Of a DNA stretch of 64,000 bases, positions 40,335-49,196 are shown in pieces (position 1 is the stretch's first letter; each line of letters starts with the position of its first letter). The DNA lies in assembly GCA_044229975.1 (NCBI GenBank), contig JBGARZ010000019.1:32001-96000 (forward strand), in the 5' to 3' direction. Source of the stretch: Polyangiales bacterium. Its GTDB lineage: Bacteria > Myxococcota_A > Polyangia > Polyangiales > Ga0077539. Made by a program: the position numbers and the translations under genes. The notes beneath the pieces are model-generated. The model saw only the letters and a program-made list of their open reading frames with translations, did not search any database and was not told the origin of the DNA.

Positions 40335-41582
40335 TCAGTAACCGGGCGGGAGGATGACGCTGGAGAGCGGGACGCGCTGCGCCATGTCGGCCGTCCAGGT
40401 GATGGGGCCGTTGAGGTAGTCGACGTGGAGGTCGGTGTAGCCGCCGAAGTAGCCGGTGCCCGACGGGTCACGCGCGGTGCCCCAGGAGTTCTTGATGCGG
40501 AAGAACTCCACGGTGCCGTAGCGCGCCGCGAGCTCCTGATCGGCCTCGGAGGCGAGCTCACCCGCGCGCAGCGTGCGCTCGGGCTGACCCGGCTGGCGCA
40601 CGACGACCTGGTAGTCCTCCATCGAGGTGAGGTGGCCGCCCTGGCGCCCCGGCGACGTGAGGTTCGACATGCGGAAGACGCCCGTCGATGACATCGCGTT
40701 GAAGTCCACGAGCCAGGAGACGAGCACCGGCTGGTTGTCGTTGAGCGCGCGAATCACGCGCTGCTGGAAGCGCGTGCGCTCCGTCGCGCTGGTCGGGTAC
40801 GAGGCGCTGCGCCACGCGAAGCGGCCGTAGCCCGAGACGTCGGCGAGCGTTCCGTCGAGCTGCTGCGCGCGGCCGTTGCTGTACCGCGACGTGCGCGCCG
40901 GGATGGAGCTGAGCGGGCGGAAGTACCCGTCGGGCGTGGTGCGCGACGACGGGAGCGTGGTGGCGCCGCGCGCGCCGAAGACGCGGGTGATCTCCGCGCG
41001 CACGCTGTCGTTGAGCTGCCACGCGGTGAAGAGCGTCTGGAGGACGAGCGCCGGGTCGCGGCGGGCCGCGGTCGTCGCGAGCGCGCCGCCTTCGTTGAGG
41101 GCGGTGTTGATGGCGCGGAGCGCGTCGGCCTGCCGCGTCGAGCGGTCGATCGTCGCCTCCTCGGGGATGAACTCACCCTCGTACACGACACCGCGCGCAC
41201 GCAGGATGGTCATCGCGCCGTCCCACCAGCCGCCCGTGGGGACCTCCCAGCGGCCCATGGTCTGCGTCGCGCGGCCGCCGGTGATCTTGCCGTACCAGTC
41301 CCAGAAGGTGATCCAGCTCTCGGAGATGTTGATGTCCTGGCCGGTGCGCGCGCGGTGCAGCGACTCGGCCCACCCGGTGGCCGCGTAGGACCAGCAGTTG
41401 CCGATGGACTGGTTGCGCACCGCCGTGTGGTTCACGTCGGTGACGGGCTCGACGTACTCGCCGCTCTCGTCGATGGCCGTAGCTTCGTCCGTGGCGCAGC
41501 CGCTCATCGCGGGGACGGCGAGGGACAGGAAGAGGCCGAGGCGCCAACCGCGGCGCCAGCTTGGGAGGGTCATGAACATCAC
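40335..41582 (-). CDS. Papain-like (C1) cysteine peptidase lipoprotein
   Basis: Lipobox MSGC; NQSIGNCWSY (Gln/Cys), GGH, IKNSWG catalytic motifs. Confidence 0.8.
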   Translation of the reverse strand: MMFMTLPSWRRGWRLGLFLSLAVPAMSGCATDEATAIDESGEYVEPVTDVNHTAVRNQSIGNCWSYAATGWAESLHRARTGQDINISESWITFWDWYGKITGGRATQTMGRWEVPTGGWWDGAMTILRARGVVYEGEFIPEEATIDRSTRQADALRAINTALNEGGALATTAARRDPALVLQTLFTAWQLNDSVRAEITRVFGARGATTLPSSRTTPDGYFRPLSSIPARTSRYSNGRAQQLDGTLADVSGYGRFAWRSASYPTSATERTRFQQRVIRALNDNQPVLVSWLVDFNAMSSTGVFRMSNLTSPGRQGGHLTSMEDYQVVVRQPGQPERTLRAGELASEADQELAARYGTVEFFRIKNSWGTARDPSGTGYFGGYTDLHVDYLNGPITWTADMAQRVPLSSVILPPGY

Positions 41583-41585
41583 TCC

Positions 41586-43238
41586 TTAGAGGTGGAAGCC
41601 GACGAGCACCGAGGTGTCGATGTTGAAGAGGAAGGTCGGAAACATGAACTGCAACGCGACCTCCGCGCCGACGTGGAAGCCGTTGCGCAGGGCGTACTCG
41701 ACGCGCGCTCCGGCGTGGGCGTTGCCGTAGCCCGAGAGCACGTGCGCGCCGTCGCCCATCACGTTGGCCGGGATGGCGGGCTTGGGCTCGATCTGGCCGA
41801 CGCCGCCGCCCGCGAAGGCGCTGGCGACGAAGCCCTGCGCCGCGAAGCCGTGCGGCGTGAAGGCGTAGTAGAGGCGGGCCATCATCAGCAGGTTGGCGAA
41901 GGGGTTGCTGCGCGCGGTGCCGCCCATGGCGCGCTCCTGGGCGGTGGGCTCGACCGTCCAGTCGGCGCTGTCGGCGAACTGCCAGCGCATGACGATGGCG
42001 GCGCCGATGCGCGGCGTGAAGTTGTAGCGGGCGTTGATGCCGAGGAAGAGCGTCGGCGCGAAGCCCGGGTCGATGGTGGCGTAGCAGACGTAGCCGCTGC
42101 ACGAGCGGATCTGGGTGCCGCTCGACGACTGGAAGTAGCGCTGCTCGGCGTAGGAGGGGCGGCCCGTGAGGAAGGCCGCGCCGACGCCGAAGCTCGCGTC
42201 GAGGGAGAAGCGCGACGTGCGCGGGGCGTTGGGGTCCGTGGGCTCCGACGGACCCGTCTCGCTGCTGGACTCACCTACGGCGCAGGCGCCGGCGTCGCAG
42301 TGCAGGCCGTCGCCGCACCCGCTGTTGGAGCTGCACGGGTCACCGAGGCCGCCGCGCGGCGTGGGTCGCCGGCACTGCGGACCGGTGATGCCGGGCGGGC
42401 ACTCCTCGGCGTCGCTCGCGCAGGTCTCGGACGGCGCGCGGCCGGGGAGCGACGGAGCGGGGTGCGAGCGGCGGCTCACGATGGAGACCTGCACGGGCGA
42501 CGACTCGCTGCCCACCGTGGCGACGACCTGCGTGTTCGCGTCGACGGCGGTGACGTAGTACTCCATCGACGGGGCGATCATCGCGGCGCACGGGATCTCG
42601 GTGCCGTAGCCGTTGGCGGCGCGGGTCATCTCGCGGCGCTCGAAGGAGCGCATGCCGTTGCCCTTGTAATAGACGTAGACGTGCTCGACGGAGAACGTCC
42701 CGCTGGGCTCGACGTAGACGGGCAGCGGGGTGTTGCCGAGCTGCTCGGGCGCGGGCGTGTGGAGGAGCTCACCGCCGCCGGAGCTGGGGTTGTTCACCGG
42801 CCGCGGGTTGGTGGGCGGGGTGGTGATGGGGTTGGGGCGAGCGCCACTGGCGACCTGGCCCTGGGCCGAGCGAAACGCCTGGCTGATCTCCGGGGTGACG
42901 AGCATCGCGTCGGGCTCGGCGTTGGGGTCGAGCCGCAGCGCGCTGACCATCGACTCGACGCCGGCGGTGTTGTTCTGCTGGCCGCCGACCTGCACGATGC
43001 CCATGGCCATGTGGACCTTGGCCGTGACGGCGGGCGAGCAGCCGCTGTTGGCGCAGGTGCGCAGCGCGGCCTGCAGGCGCTCCAGCGACCGGTCGATCTC
43101 GAGGTTCTGGTAGTCCTCCAGCGCGGTGCTGATGAGCGAGCGCGCGGGCCGGTCGCGGGGACCCTGCTGCGCGAGCACTTCAGTCGGGAGAATCACCAGG
43201 GCGGTCAGGAAGACTGCGGTCCGTTGCCAGCTCATCAC
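41586..43238 (-). CDS. Secreted protein: TPR-like, Ig-like, Cys-rich and C-terminal beta-barrel-like regions
   Basis: Signal peptide; ALRLDP TPR-like end; Cys-rich C..C..C module; amphipathic strands ending VGFHL. Confidence 0.6.
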   Translation of the reverse strand: MMSWQRTAVFLTALVILPTEVLAQQGPRDRPARSLISTALEDYQNLEIDRSLERLQAALRTCANSGCSPAVTAKVHMAMGIVQVGGQQNNTAGVESMVSALRLDPNAEPDAMLVTPEISQAFRSAQGQVASGARPNPITTPPTNPRPVNNPSSGGGELLHTPAPEQLGNTPLPVYVEPSGTFSVEHVYVYYKGNGMRSFERREMTRAANGYGTEIPCAAMIAPSMEYYVTAVDANTQVVATVGSESSPVQVSIVSRRSHPAPSLPGRAPSETCASDAEECPPGITGPQCRRPTPRGGLGDPCSSNSGCGDGLHCDAGACAVGESSSETGPSEPTDPNAPRTSRFSLDASFGVGAAFLTGRPSYAEQRYFQSSSGTQIRSCSGYVCYATIDPGFAPTLFLGINARYNFTPRIGAAIVMRWQFADSADWTVEPTAQERAMGGTARSNPFANLLMMARLYYAFTPHGFAAQGFVASAFAGGGVGQIEPKPAIPANVMGDGAHVLSGYGNAHAGARVEYALRNGFHVGAEVALQFMFPTFLFNIDTSVLVGFHL

Positions 43239-43368
43239 TTTGCTCGTTGGTTATTCCAGGGGATCCGCCGAGAAACAGGCGGATACACGACCCCGTAGGC
43301 GATCGGGCGGCGGCATCCTACACGGTTTCCTCGCGGCGCCAACGACCCCGCGCACCCACGCGGTGGTG

Positions 43369-44475
43369 TTAGCGGATGAAGCGCCCGTCGGCGTCGATCT
43401 CGTTGAGCTCCACGCGCCGGTTGGCCGCGCGGCCTTCGGGCGTGGTGTTGCTCTCCAGCGGCGTCCGCGGGCCATAGCCACGCGAGGTGAGCCGCGCGGC
43501 GTCGATGCCGTGGGAGAGCAGGTACGTCCGCACCGTGGCGGCGCGGGCGGCCGAGAGTCGCTCGTTGAGCGCGCGCGAACCTTCGCTCGACGTGTGACCG
43601 CCGACCTCGTAGCGGAGCGCGCGGTTTTGCGTCTGCCCGAGGTACTGCACCACCTCGTCGAGGGTGACCGCCGCGGTGGGTCGCAGCGTCGCGCGGTTGA
43701 CGTCGAACTCCACCCGGAAGCGCACCCCATGCTGGGTGATCTGGAGGTGCTCGAACACCCGCGGGCACCCGTTGTTCTCAGGCGGACCAGGCTCGTTGGG
43801 GCACTGGTCGGTGAGGTCGGCGACGGTGTCCTGATCGTTGTCGTTGTCGGGGCAGCCGTCGGCGTCGTTGTACCCGTCGGGGTCTTCCGGCTCGTTGCGG
43901 CAGTTGTCCACCGTGTCGACCACGCCGTCGGCGTCGTTGTCGTTCTCGGGGCAGCCGTCCTCGTCGAGGTACTGATCCCGGTCTTCGGGCTCGATGGGGC
44001 AGAGGTCGCGCGAGTCGACGAGACCGTCGCCGTCGGTGTCCGGATCGTCGGGGCAACCGTCTTCGTCCTGGAAGGAGTTCCAGGTCTCGGGGTTGTCGGG
44101 GCAGCGGTCGTCGGGGTCGAGGTAGCCGTCGCCGTCGCGATCACCGGGCGCCGCGCGCGGCAGGCAGCGGTCGGGCGGCGACATCCGCAGCGCCGCGCGG
44201 GCGTTGAGGTCGGCCTCGTTGAAGTGCTCCTCGGCGCGGCGGAAGTGCGCCTCGTCGAGCTCCCGTTCCGCGAACTCGGCGTGGCTCCGTCCCACCGCGA
44301 GCTCGCGCGGGGCGCACTCGTGGGCGCCGTTGCGCTCGGCCTGCGTGAGCAGCGTGCGGGTCGCGTCGATGCGGCCGCGGAGGCCCGCGGTAGCGGCGCA
44401 GCCCAATAGACTGCTGCAACCCATCACCCCAGCGAGCAGCAGCGCGAGCGGGCGGTGGTCAGTGCGCCGGCGCAT
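43369..44475 (-). CDS. OmpA-family lipoprotein with DUF4398-like N-terminus and thrombospondin type 3-like repeats
   Basis: Lipobox LLGC; repeated DxDxDG..DxCP..PED; GHT..NERLS.ARA..NRRVE. Confidence 0.88.
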   Translation of the reverse strand: MRRRTDHRPLALLLAGVMGCSSLLGCAATAGLRGRIDATRTLLTQAERNGAHECAPRELAVGRSHAEFAERELDEAHFRRAEEHFNEADLNARAALRMSPPDRCLPRAAPGDRDGDGYLDPDDRCPDNPETWNSFQDEDGCPDDPDTDGDGLVDSRDLCPIEPEDRDQYLDEDGCPENDNDADGVVDTVDNCRNEPEDPDGYNDADGCPDNDNDQDTVADLTDQCPNEPGPPENNGCPRVFEHLQITQHGVRFRVEFDVNRATLRPTAAVTLDEVVQYLGQTQNRALRYEVGGHTSSEGSRALNERLSAARAATVRTYLLSHGIDAARLTSRGYGPRTPLESNTTPEGRAANRRVELNEIDADGRFIR

Positions 44476-44791
44476 GACCCTGGCCCCGTGCGATGTCGCG
44501 AGCCCGGTTGCCGTACTCCTCGGCGACCCCGGCCATATCCATGGCGTCTTGATACTCGGCCGAGCTCGCGAACTCCTGGGCCTTGCGCAGGTGCTCGACG
44601 GCGAAGTGGTACTCGTAGGTCGCGCGGGCCGGGGCGCCCGACTGACGGGCCTCCTCGACGGCGTGCTGCGCCCCGGAGAGGTTCACCATGTAGAGCACCG
44701 GGCCACACCCCGAGGCGCCCAGGAGGAGCGAGAGACACCCGACGACGATCGCGAACCGACGCACCGCGCGGACGCTACACGAGCGAAACAA
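44459..44791 (-). CDS. DUF4398-like small lipoprotein
   Basis: Lipobox ASGC; A...A..EY..A..HL.KA helical hairpin; overlaps OmpA gene start; start uncertain. Confidence 0.7.
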   Translation of the reverse strand: MFRSCSVRAVRRFAIVVGCLSLLLGASGCGPVLYMVNLSGAQHAVEEARQSGAPARATYEYHFAVEHLRKAQEFASSAEYQDAMDMAGVAEEYGNRARDIARGQGHAPAH

Positions 44792-44795
44792 ACAG

Positions 44796-45042
44796 GGTCA
44801 ACGACACACGCAGGGGCGTCGACCGAACGACCGCCACGGTCTCGTTCGAAGGGTCGAGGCTTCCGACGAGACCAACGGAGTCTCGTCAGGAGGGGGCGCA
44901 ACCTCCGACCGCGACCATCGTGGTCTCGTCGGAAGCCTCGACCCTTCGAACGAGACCATCGGAGTGACCGCAGGCCGTCTCCAGCGCCCCCAACGAGACG
45001 CCGTTGGTCTCGTCGGAAGGGTCGGACCCTGCCAACAAGACC
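44796..45042. repeat. 42-bp-period palindromic repeat array (REP/BIME- or MITE-like)
   Basis: Well-conserved units start with GGTCTCG at 44838, 44922 and 45006, with degenerate units at about 44796, 44880 and 44964; 44838-44873 is the exact reverse complement of 44922-44957. Confidence 0.8.
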
Positions 45043-45078
45043 CCATCGGCGCCTGGGCTCTGGTATGCCGCGCCTGCG

Positions 45079-45726
45079 ATGGACCGCGGAACCTGGATCG
45101 CCTGTGTTGGTCCCATTGGTGTCGGCAAGAGCACGCTCGCGGCGGTGGTCGCGCGCCGCACGGGCGCCCTCTTCGTCCCCGAGCGCTTCGGCGACAACGC
45201 CTTCCTCGAACGCTTCTACGGACCCGACGGCATCAAGCGCTGGGGCTTCCAGACGGAGGTGTCGTTCCTCACGCAGCGCTTCGATCAGGTGCGCGAGATC
45301 GACGCCCTGCTCGCCGCGGGCCGCTCGGTGGTCACCGACTTCACCCCGCAGCAGAACCTCATCTTCGCCCGCATCACCGTCGACCCGCTGGAGTTCTCCC
45401 TCTACGAGCAGCTCTACGACCGGCTCTTCGGCGCGCTCCCGCGGCCCGACCGGCTCATCTGCCTCGACGCCGACCTGCGCACCATCCTGCGCCGCATCCG
45501 CAGCCGCGCGCGCTCCATGGAGGCGGGCATTCCGTCGGCGTACATCCGCAAGCTGCGCGACGGTTACCTCACCTGGCACGAGCACCCGCCCGCCCCGACC
45601 CTCTGGATCGACACCTCCAAGATGCCCATCCCGAGCGACCTCGTGGCCCGCGCCGCCGCCCTCGACGCCGTGATGCTCTCGTTCGAACCCGACACCCGCC
45701 GCGCCCTCTTCGGCCGCGAAGGGTAG
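45079..45726 (+). CDS. Deoxynucleoside kinase family protein
   Basis: P-loop GPIGVGKST, FLERFY, FQTEVSFL.QRF, PD.LICL, RIRSRARSME lid. Confidence 0.85.
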   Translation: MDRGTWIACVGPIGVGKSTLAAVVARRTGALFVPERFGDNAFLERFYGPDGIKRWGFQTEVSFLTQRFDQVREIDALLAAGRSVVTDFTPQQNLIFARITVDPLEFSLYEQLYDRLFGALPRPDRLICLDADLRTILRRIRSRARSMEAGIPSAYIRKLRDGYLTWHEHPPAPTLWIDTSKMPIPSDLVARAAALDAVMLSFEPDTRRALFGREG

Positions 45727-45731
45727 TCGTC

Positions 45732-47537
45732 TCACTCCGCCGGGAAGATCACCTCGGTCTCGCGCCCGCCCGCGACGCGCACCACCCGCTGCATCACGCG
45801 CCCATCCGGCCGCAGGCACCGCACCCGGTGCTCGCCCGCGCTCACCGCACGGTTGAACACCGGCGACTGCCCCATCCGTCGCCCGTCGACGCTCACCTCG
45901 CACCGCGGCGGATCGGCCCCCACCGTCAGCCGCCCCACCGTGCGCCGCACCACCGGCGCCATCGCGGGCTCCTCGGCCATCACCCCATCGTCCGCGTCGA
46001 CCACCACCCCCGCGTCGGGCGTCTCGATGGTCTGCTGCACCAGCATCGTCGACGCATCGACGACCTCCGCCACCGCGGGCTCCGGCGACATCGTCGGGAG
46101 CACCACCCGCTGCTCGTGGTCGGGCGTCAGCGTAAACGTCACCGCGCGATATCCGGGCGCCTCGACGCGCACCACCGTCGTCGCGGCGCTGCGTGTCGTC
46201 ACGACCTCCGCCCCATCGAAGGGCCGGTCGCCCACGAACACCCGCCCACCCGTCGGAACGCCCACGAAATGCAGCGCCACCGTCGACGACAACGGCGCCG
46301 TGTCGGGCGTCCGCGCGGGCAACGACACCGCCACCGCGGCCACCACGGACAGCACCGCCACCGCGGCCAGGCCCCACACCCAGCGCGAATGCGGCCGCGT
46401 CGGAACCGGCGCCACCAACGTCACCGCCCCACCCGGCGTTGGTCCGGTGAGCTCACCCGCGCCGATGACACCGGGCGGCGGCCCGATGGCGGGCGCCTGG
46501 ACGAGCGGCGGCGGAGGCAGCGTCGGCTCGCGGACCGGGAGCTCGGTCGCGATGGGGTACGCTCCGCTCGCCGCGAGGCTGGGCAGCACGCGCACCACGG
46601 TGGCCTCGCTCTCCATCAACGGCGCGTGGCGACCGCGCAAGACCGCGCGCAGTCCTTCGACGGCCTCGTTGGCTTCGGTGAAGCGCAGCTCGGGGTCGCG
46701 CTCGACGCAGCGGGCAAACCACGCGTCGAAGCCCGTCGGCAGGAGACCTGGTGCCAGCCCCTGCTCCAGGGCGCGCAGCCCCGGCGGCTCGATGGGATGA
46801 ACCACCACCTCCATCAGCAGGGCGTTGAGGTTGACCCCGTCGCTCTCGACGGCGCGCCAGTAGTGACGGCCCGTGAGCAGGAGGTACGCGAGCAGACCGA
46901 GCGGCCAGACGTCGGTGCTGCGTCGGAGCTTCGCCCCCGAGCGCGCCTGCTCGGGCGCCATGAAGAGGGGTGATCCGAGCTGCCGCGTGACGGTCACCGA
47001 GGTGGCGTTGTTGGCGATGACCTTGGAGATGCCGAAGTCGAGCACCTTCACGACGAAGGGCATGCCGCGCAGCCGCGAGCGGGCGACGAAGATGTTGCGG
47101 GGCTTCAGGTCGCGGTGGATCACCCCCGCTCGGTGGGCGGCGGCCAGCGCGTCGCAGAGCTGCTCGAAGATCTCCAGCACCTCGTGGGGAGCGAGCGCCC
47201 CGCGGCGCACGATGAGGTCATGGAGGTCTTCGCCTTCGAGGAGCTCCATCGCGAGGTAGGGGATCTCGGTCTCCTCGTCGACGCCCGCGGCGATGACCTC
47301 GACCACGTGGCCGCTGCCGATCTGTCCCCCGATGCGCGCCTCCAGCGTGAACTGCTCGCGGCTCGCCGGGTCGCTGACGAGGTCGGGGTTGAGCACCTTG
47401 AGGGCGCGCATCTTTCCCGACGAGAGCTGCTCGGCGACGAAGACCCCGCCCATGCCGCCCTCGGCGAGGGCGCGCACGATCCGGAAGTCCCGGGCGAACA
47501 CCACCCCCGGGCCAAGGCTCGCCAGCGCCGACGACAT
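45732..47537 (-). CDS. Ser/Thr protein kinase, TM, PEGA-like domains
   Basis: EGGMGGV, ALKVL, HRDLKPRN, LDFG, FMAPEQ, DVWPLG. Confidence 0.9.
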   Translation of the reverse strand: MSSALASLGPGVVFARDFRIVRALAEGGMGGVFVAEQLSSGKMRALKVLNPDLVSDPASREQFTLEARIGGQIGSGHVVEVIAAGVDEETEIPYLAMELLEGEDLHDLIVRRGALAPHEVLEIFEQLCDALAAAHRAGVIHRDLKPRNIFVARSRLRGMPFVVKVLDFGISKVIANNATSVTVTRQLGSPLFMAPEQARSGAKLRRSTDVWPLGLLAYLLLTGRHYWRAVESDGVNLNALLMEVVVHPIEPPGLRALEQGLAPGLLPTGFDAWFARCVERDPELRFTEANEAVEGLRAVLRGRHAPLMESEATVVRVLPSLAASGAYPIATELPVREPTLPPPPLVQAPAIGPPPGVIGAGELTGPTPGGAVTLVAPVPTRPHSRWVWGLAAVAVLSVVAAVAVSLPARTPDTAPLSSTVALHFVGVPTGGRVFVGDRPFDGAEVVTTRSAATTVVRVEAPGYRAVTFTLTPDHEQRVVLPTMSPEPAVAEVVDASTMLVQQTIETPDAGVVVDADDGVMAEEPAMAPVVRRTVGRLTVGADPPRCEVSVDGRRMGQSPVFNRAVSAGEHRVRCLRPDGRVMQRVVRVAGGRETEVIFPAE

Positions 47538-47608
47538 CGCGGCGGCACTCTAGCGCATTCCCTCTCCCTTCCGCGCATCGTCGACGCCCCATAGACTGCC
47601 GGGCACCT

Positions 47609-48505
47609 ATGCGGGTCTCATCGCTCTGGATCCACCCCGTGAAGTCGTGCCGGGCCATCGCGGTCGACCGCGCGGAGCTCGACGAGACCGGCTTCCGGCA
47701 CGACCGGCGATGGATGATCGTCGACCCCGCCGGGCGCTTCATCACGCAGCGCGAGCGCCCCGACCTCGCGACGGTCTCGGTCACCGTGTGGGGCGACCAC
47801 GTCGCGCTCACCTGCGACGGGCACGCGGCCCTCACGCTGCCCTTCGACCCCGGCGCCCACGCTCCGGTTCGTACCGTCACGGTGTGGGACGACACGGTCG
47901 AGGCCCGCGGAGCGTCACCCGACGCGGCGCGCTGGCTGCTCACCACCCTCGGCATCGACGGGGACGTCGTCTGGCTGCCGCCGCCGAGCGCCCGCCCGGT
48001 GGACCCACGCTTCGCGCGCAGCGTCGACCGGGTGGGCTTCGCCGACGGGTTTCCGTTGTTGCTCGCGAGCGAAGGGTCGCTGGAGGCCGTCAACGCGCGG
48101 CTCGCGGAGCACGTGCCCATGGAGAGGTTTCGACCCAACGTGGTGGTCGCGGACGCGCCGGCCTTCGAGGAGGATGGCTGGTCGGTGTTTCGGATGGGGA
48201 TCGTTCGGTGTCGGGCGGTGAAGCCGTGTGCGCGCTGCGTGATCGTCAACACCGACCCCTGGACGGGCGCGCGGGGCATCGAGCCGCTCAAGACCCTGGC
48301 GCGCTTTCGCACCGGAACCGCCGACAAGGCCCGGGTGTACTTCGGGCAGAACGTCGTTCATTCGAGGGACGCCATCGGGCAGACGGTGGCGGTGGGCGAT
48401 GAGGTGGTGGTCGAGTCATGGCGCGAGGCCGACGACGCGCTGGTGCTCGACCCGGAGCGCGCCACCCCCGCGAGCGTCTTCCCAAAGCCCGACGGCCCGG
48501 AGTAG
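47609..48505 (+). CDS. MOSC-domain protein (YcbX/mARC-like)
   Basis: IHPVKSC, DRRWMIVD, FADGFP, RFRPN, FEED.W, KPCARC, FGQN. Confidence 0.9.
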   Translation: MRVSSLWIHPVKSCRAIAVDRAELDETGFRHDRRWMIVDPAGRFITQRERPDLATVSVTVWGDHVALTCDGHAALTLPFDPGAHAPVRTVTVWDDTVEARGASPDAARWLLTTLGIDGDVVWLPPPSARPVDPRFARSVDRVGFADGFPLLLASEGSLEAVNARLAEHVPMERFRPNVVVADAPAFEEDGWSVFRMGIVRCRAVKPCARCVIVNTDPWTGARGIEPLKTLARFRTGTADKARVYFGQNVVHSRDAIGQTVAVGDEVVVESWREADDALVLDPERATPASVFPKPDGPE

Positions 48506-48704
48506 TCTGCGAGAAGAACGTGGCCGCGGCAGGCGTACTAGCGACGCACGCTCAACCCCACACCGGCGTCTGTTCTGGTCACGCGGAGCCGACGCCGGCG
48601 CTTCACCACACGGAGGGGGGGACCCCGAGCCGACCAGCGGTTCAGTGTCCGTCATCCGGTTCAACCACCTTGCGCAGTACCAGCGCCCAAGGAGCCCCAC
48701 GCCC

Positions 48705-49160
48705 ATGTCGGACAACACCAAGAAGCCGCCGGTCGTCACCACCCTCACCGAGGACGACATCGTCGAGGAGAACCCGCGTCGGCGGTCGGTCCTCGCGCTG
48801 CTGAGCGCCACCGTCGTCGGAGGCGCCGCCAAGGCGCTCGGCGGGTGCATCGTCGCCAACCCGCAGCCCGTCCAGACGGGCCCGGTCTACGCGCAGCCCC
48901 AGGGGGTCGTCGTGCAGCAGGGAGCCGTCCAGACGGGCGTCACCGACGGTGACTCGGGCGCCTACGCCGACCCGGTCAACGGTGGTCGCGGCCAGCCGCG
49001 CGGCATGCAGACGGGCGTCACCGACGGCGACTCGGGCACCTACTCCGATCCCGTCAACGGCGGCCGTGGTCGCCGCGGCTACCAGACCGGCATCACCGAC
49101 GCCGACTCCGGGTCCTACGCCGACGGCGTCGGGCGCGGCCGCGGCGGCCGTCGCTACTGA
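48705..49160 (+). CDS. Tat-type lipoprotein with three Asp/Gly/Arg repeat cores; candidate RiPP-like precursor
   Basis: AAGGAG SD then ATG 48705; RRRSVL + hydrophobic stretch + LGGC lipobox; three QTG[VI]TD[GA]DSGxY[AS]D..GRG repeats. Confidence 0.7.
   Translation: MSDNTKKPPVVTTLTEDDIVEENPRRRSVLALLSATVVGGAAKALGGCIVANPQPVQTGPVYAQPQGVVVQQGAVQTGVTDGDSGAYADPVNGGRGQPRGMQTGVTDGDSGTYSDPVNGGRGRRGYQTGITDADSGSYADGVGRGRGGRRY
48930..49157 (+). repeat. Three intragenic tandem repeats (78/75/75 bp)
   Basis: Units at 48930, 49008 and 49083 encode QTGVTDGDSGAYADPVNGGRG, QTGVTDGDSGTYSDPVNGGRG and QTGITDADSGSYADGVGRGRG. Confidence 0.9.
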
Positions 49161-49196
49161 GCGCAGCGCTCCCCCGCCTCTTCTCTCCCCACCGCC

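Noticed and set aside
44838..45042. CRISPR array (36-nt palindromic repeats, 48-nt spacers)
   Set aside because: Repeat orientation flips, the spacers are degenerate repeat copies, only three good units exist, and there are no cas genes in the window
44798..45197. Short ORFs with repeated VSxExSxxxTRP peptides on both strands
   Set aside because: By-product of the DNA inverted repeats; no RBS or coding-like bias
47609..48505. MOSC gene as a member of the peptide/JmjC operon
   Set aside because: A 199-bp gap containing a hairpin (CCGGCGTC..GACGCCGG) separates them; no evidence of coupling without synteny data
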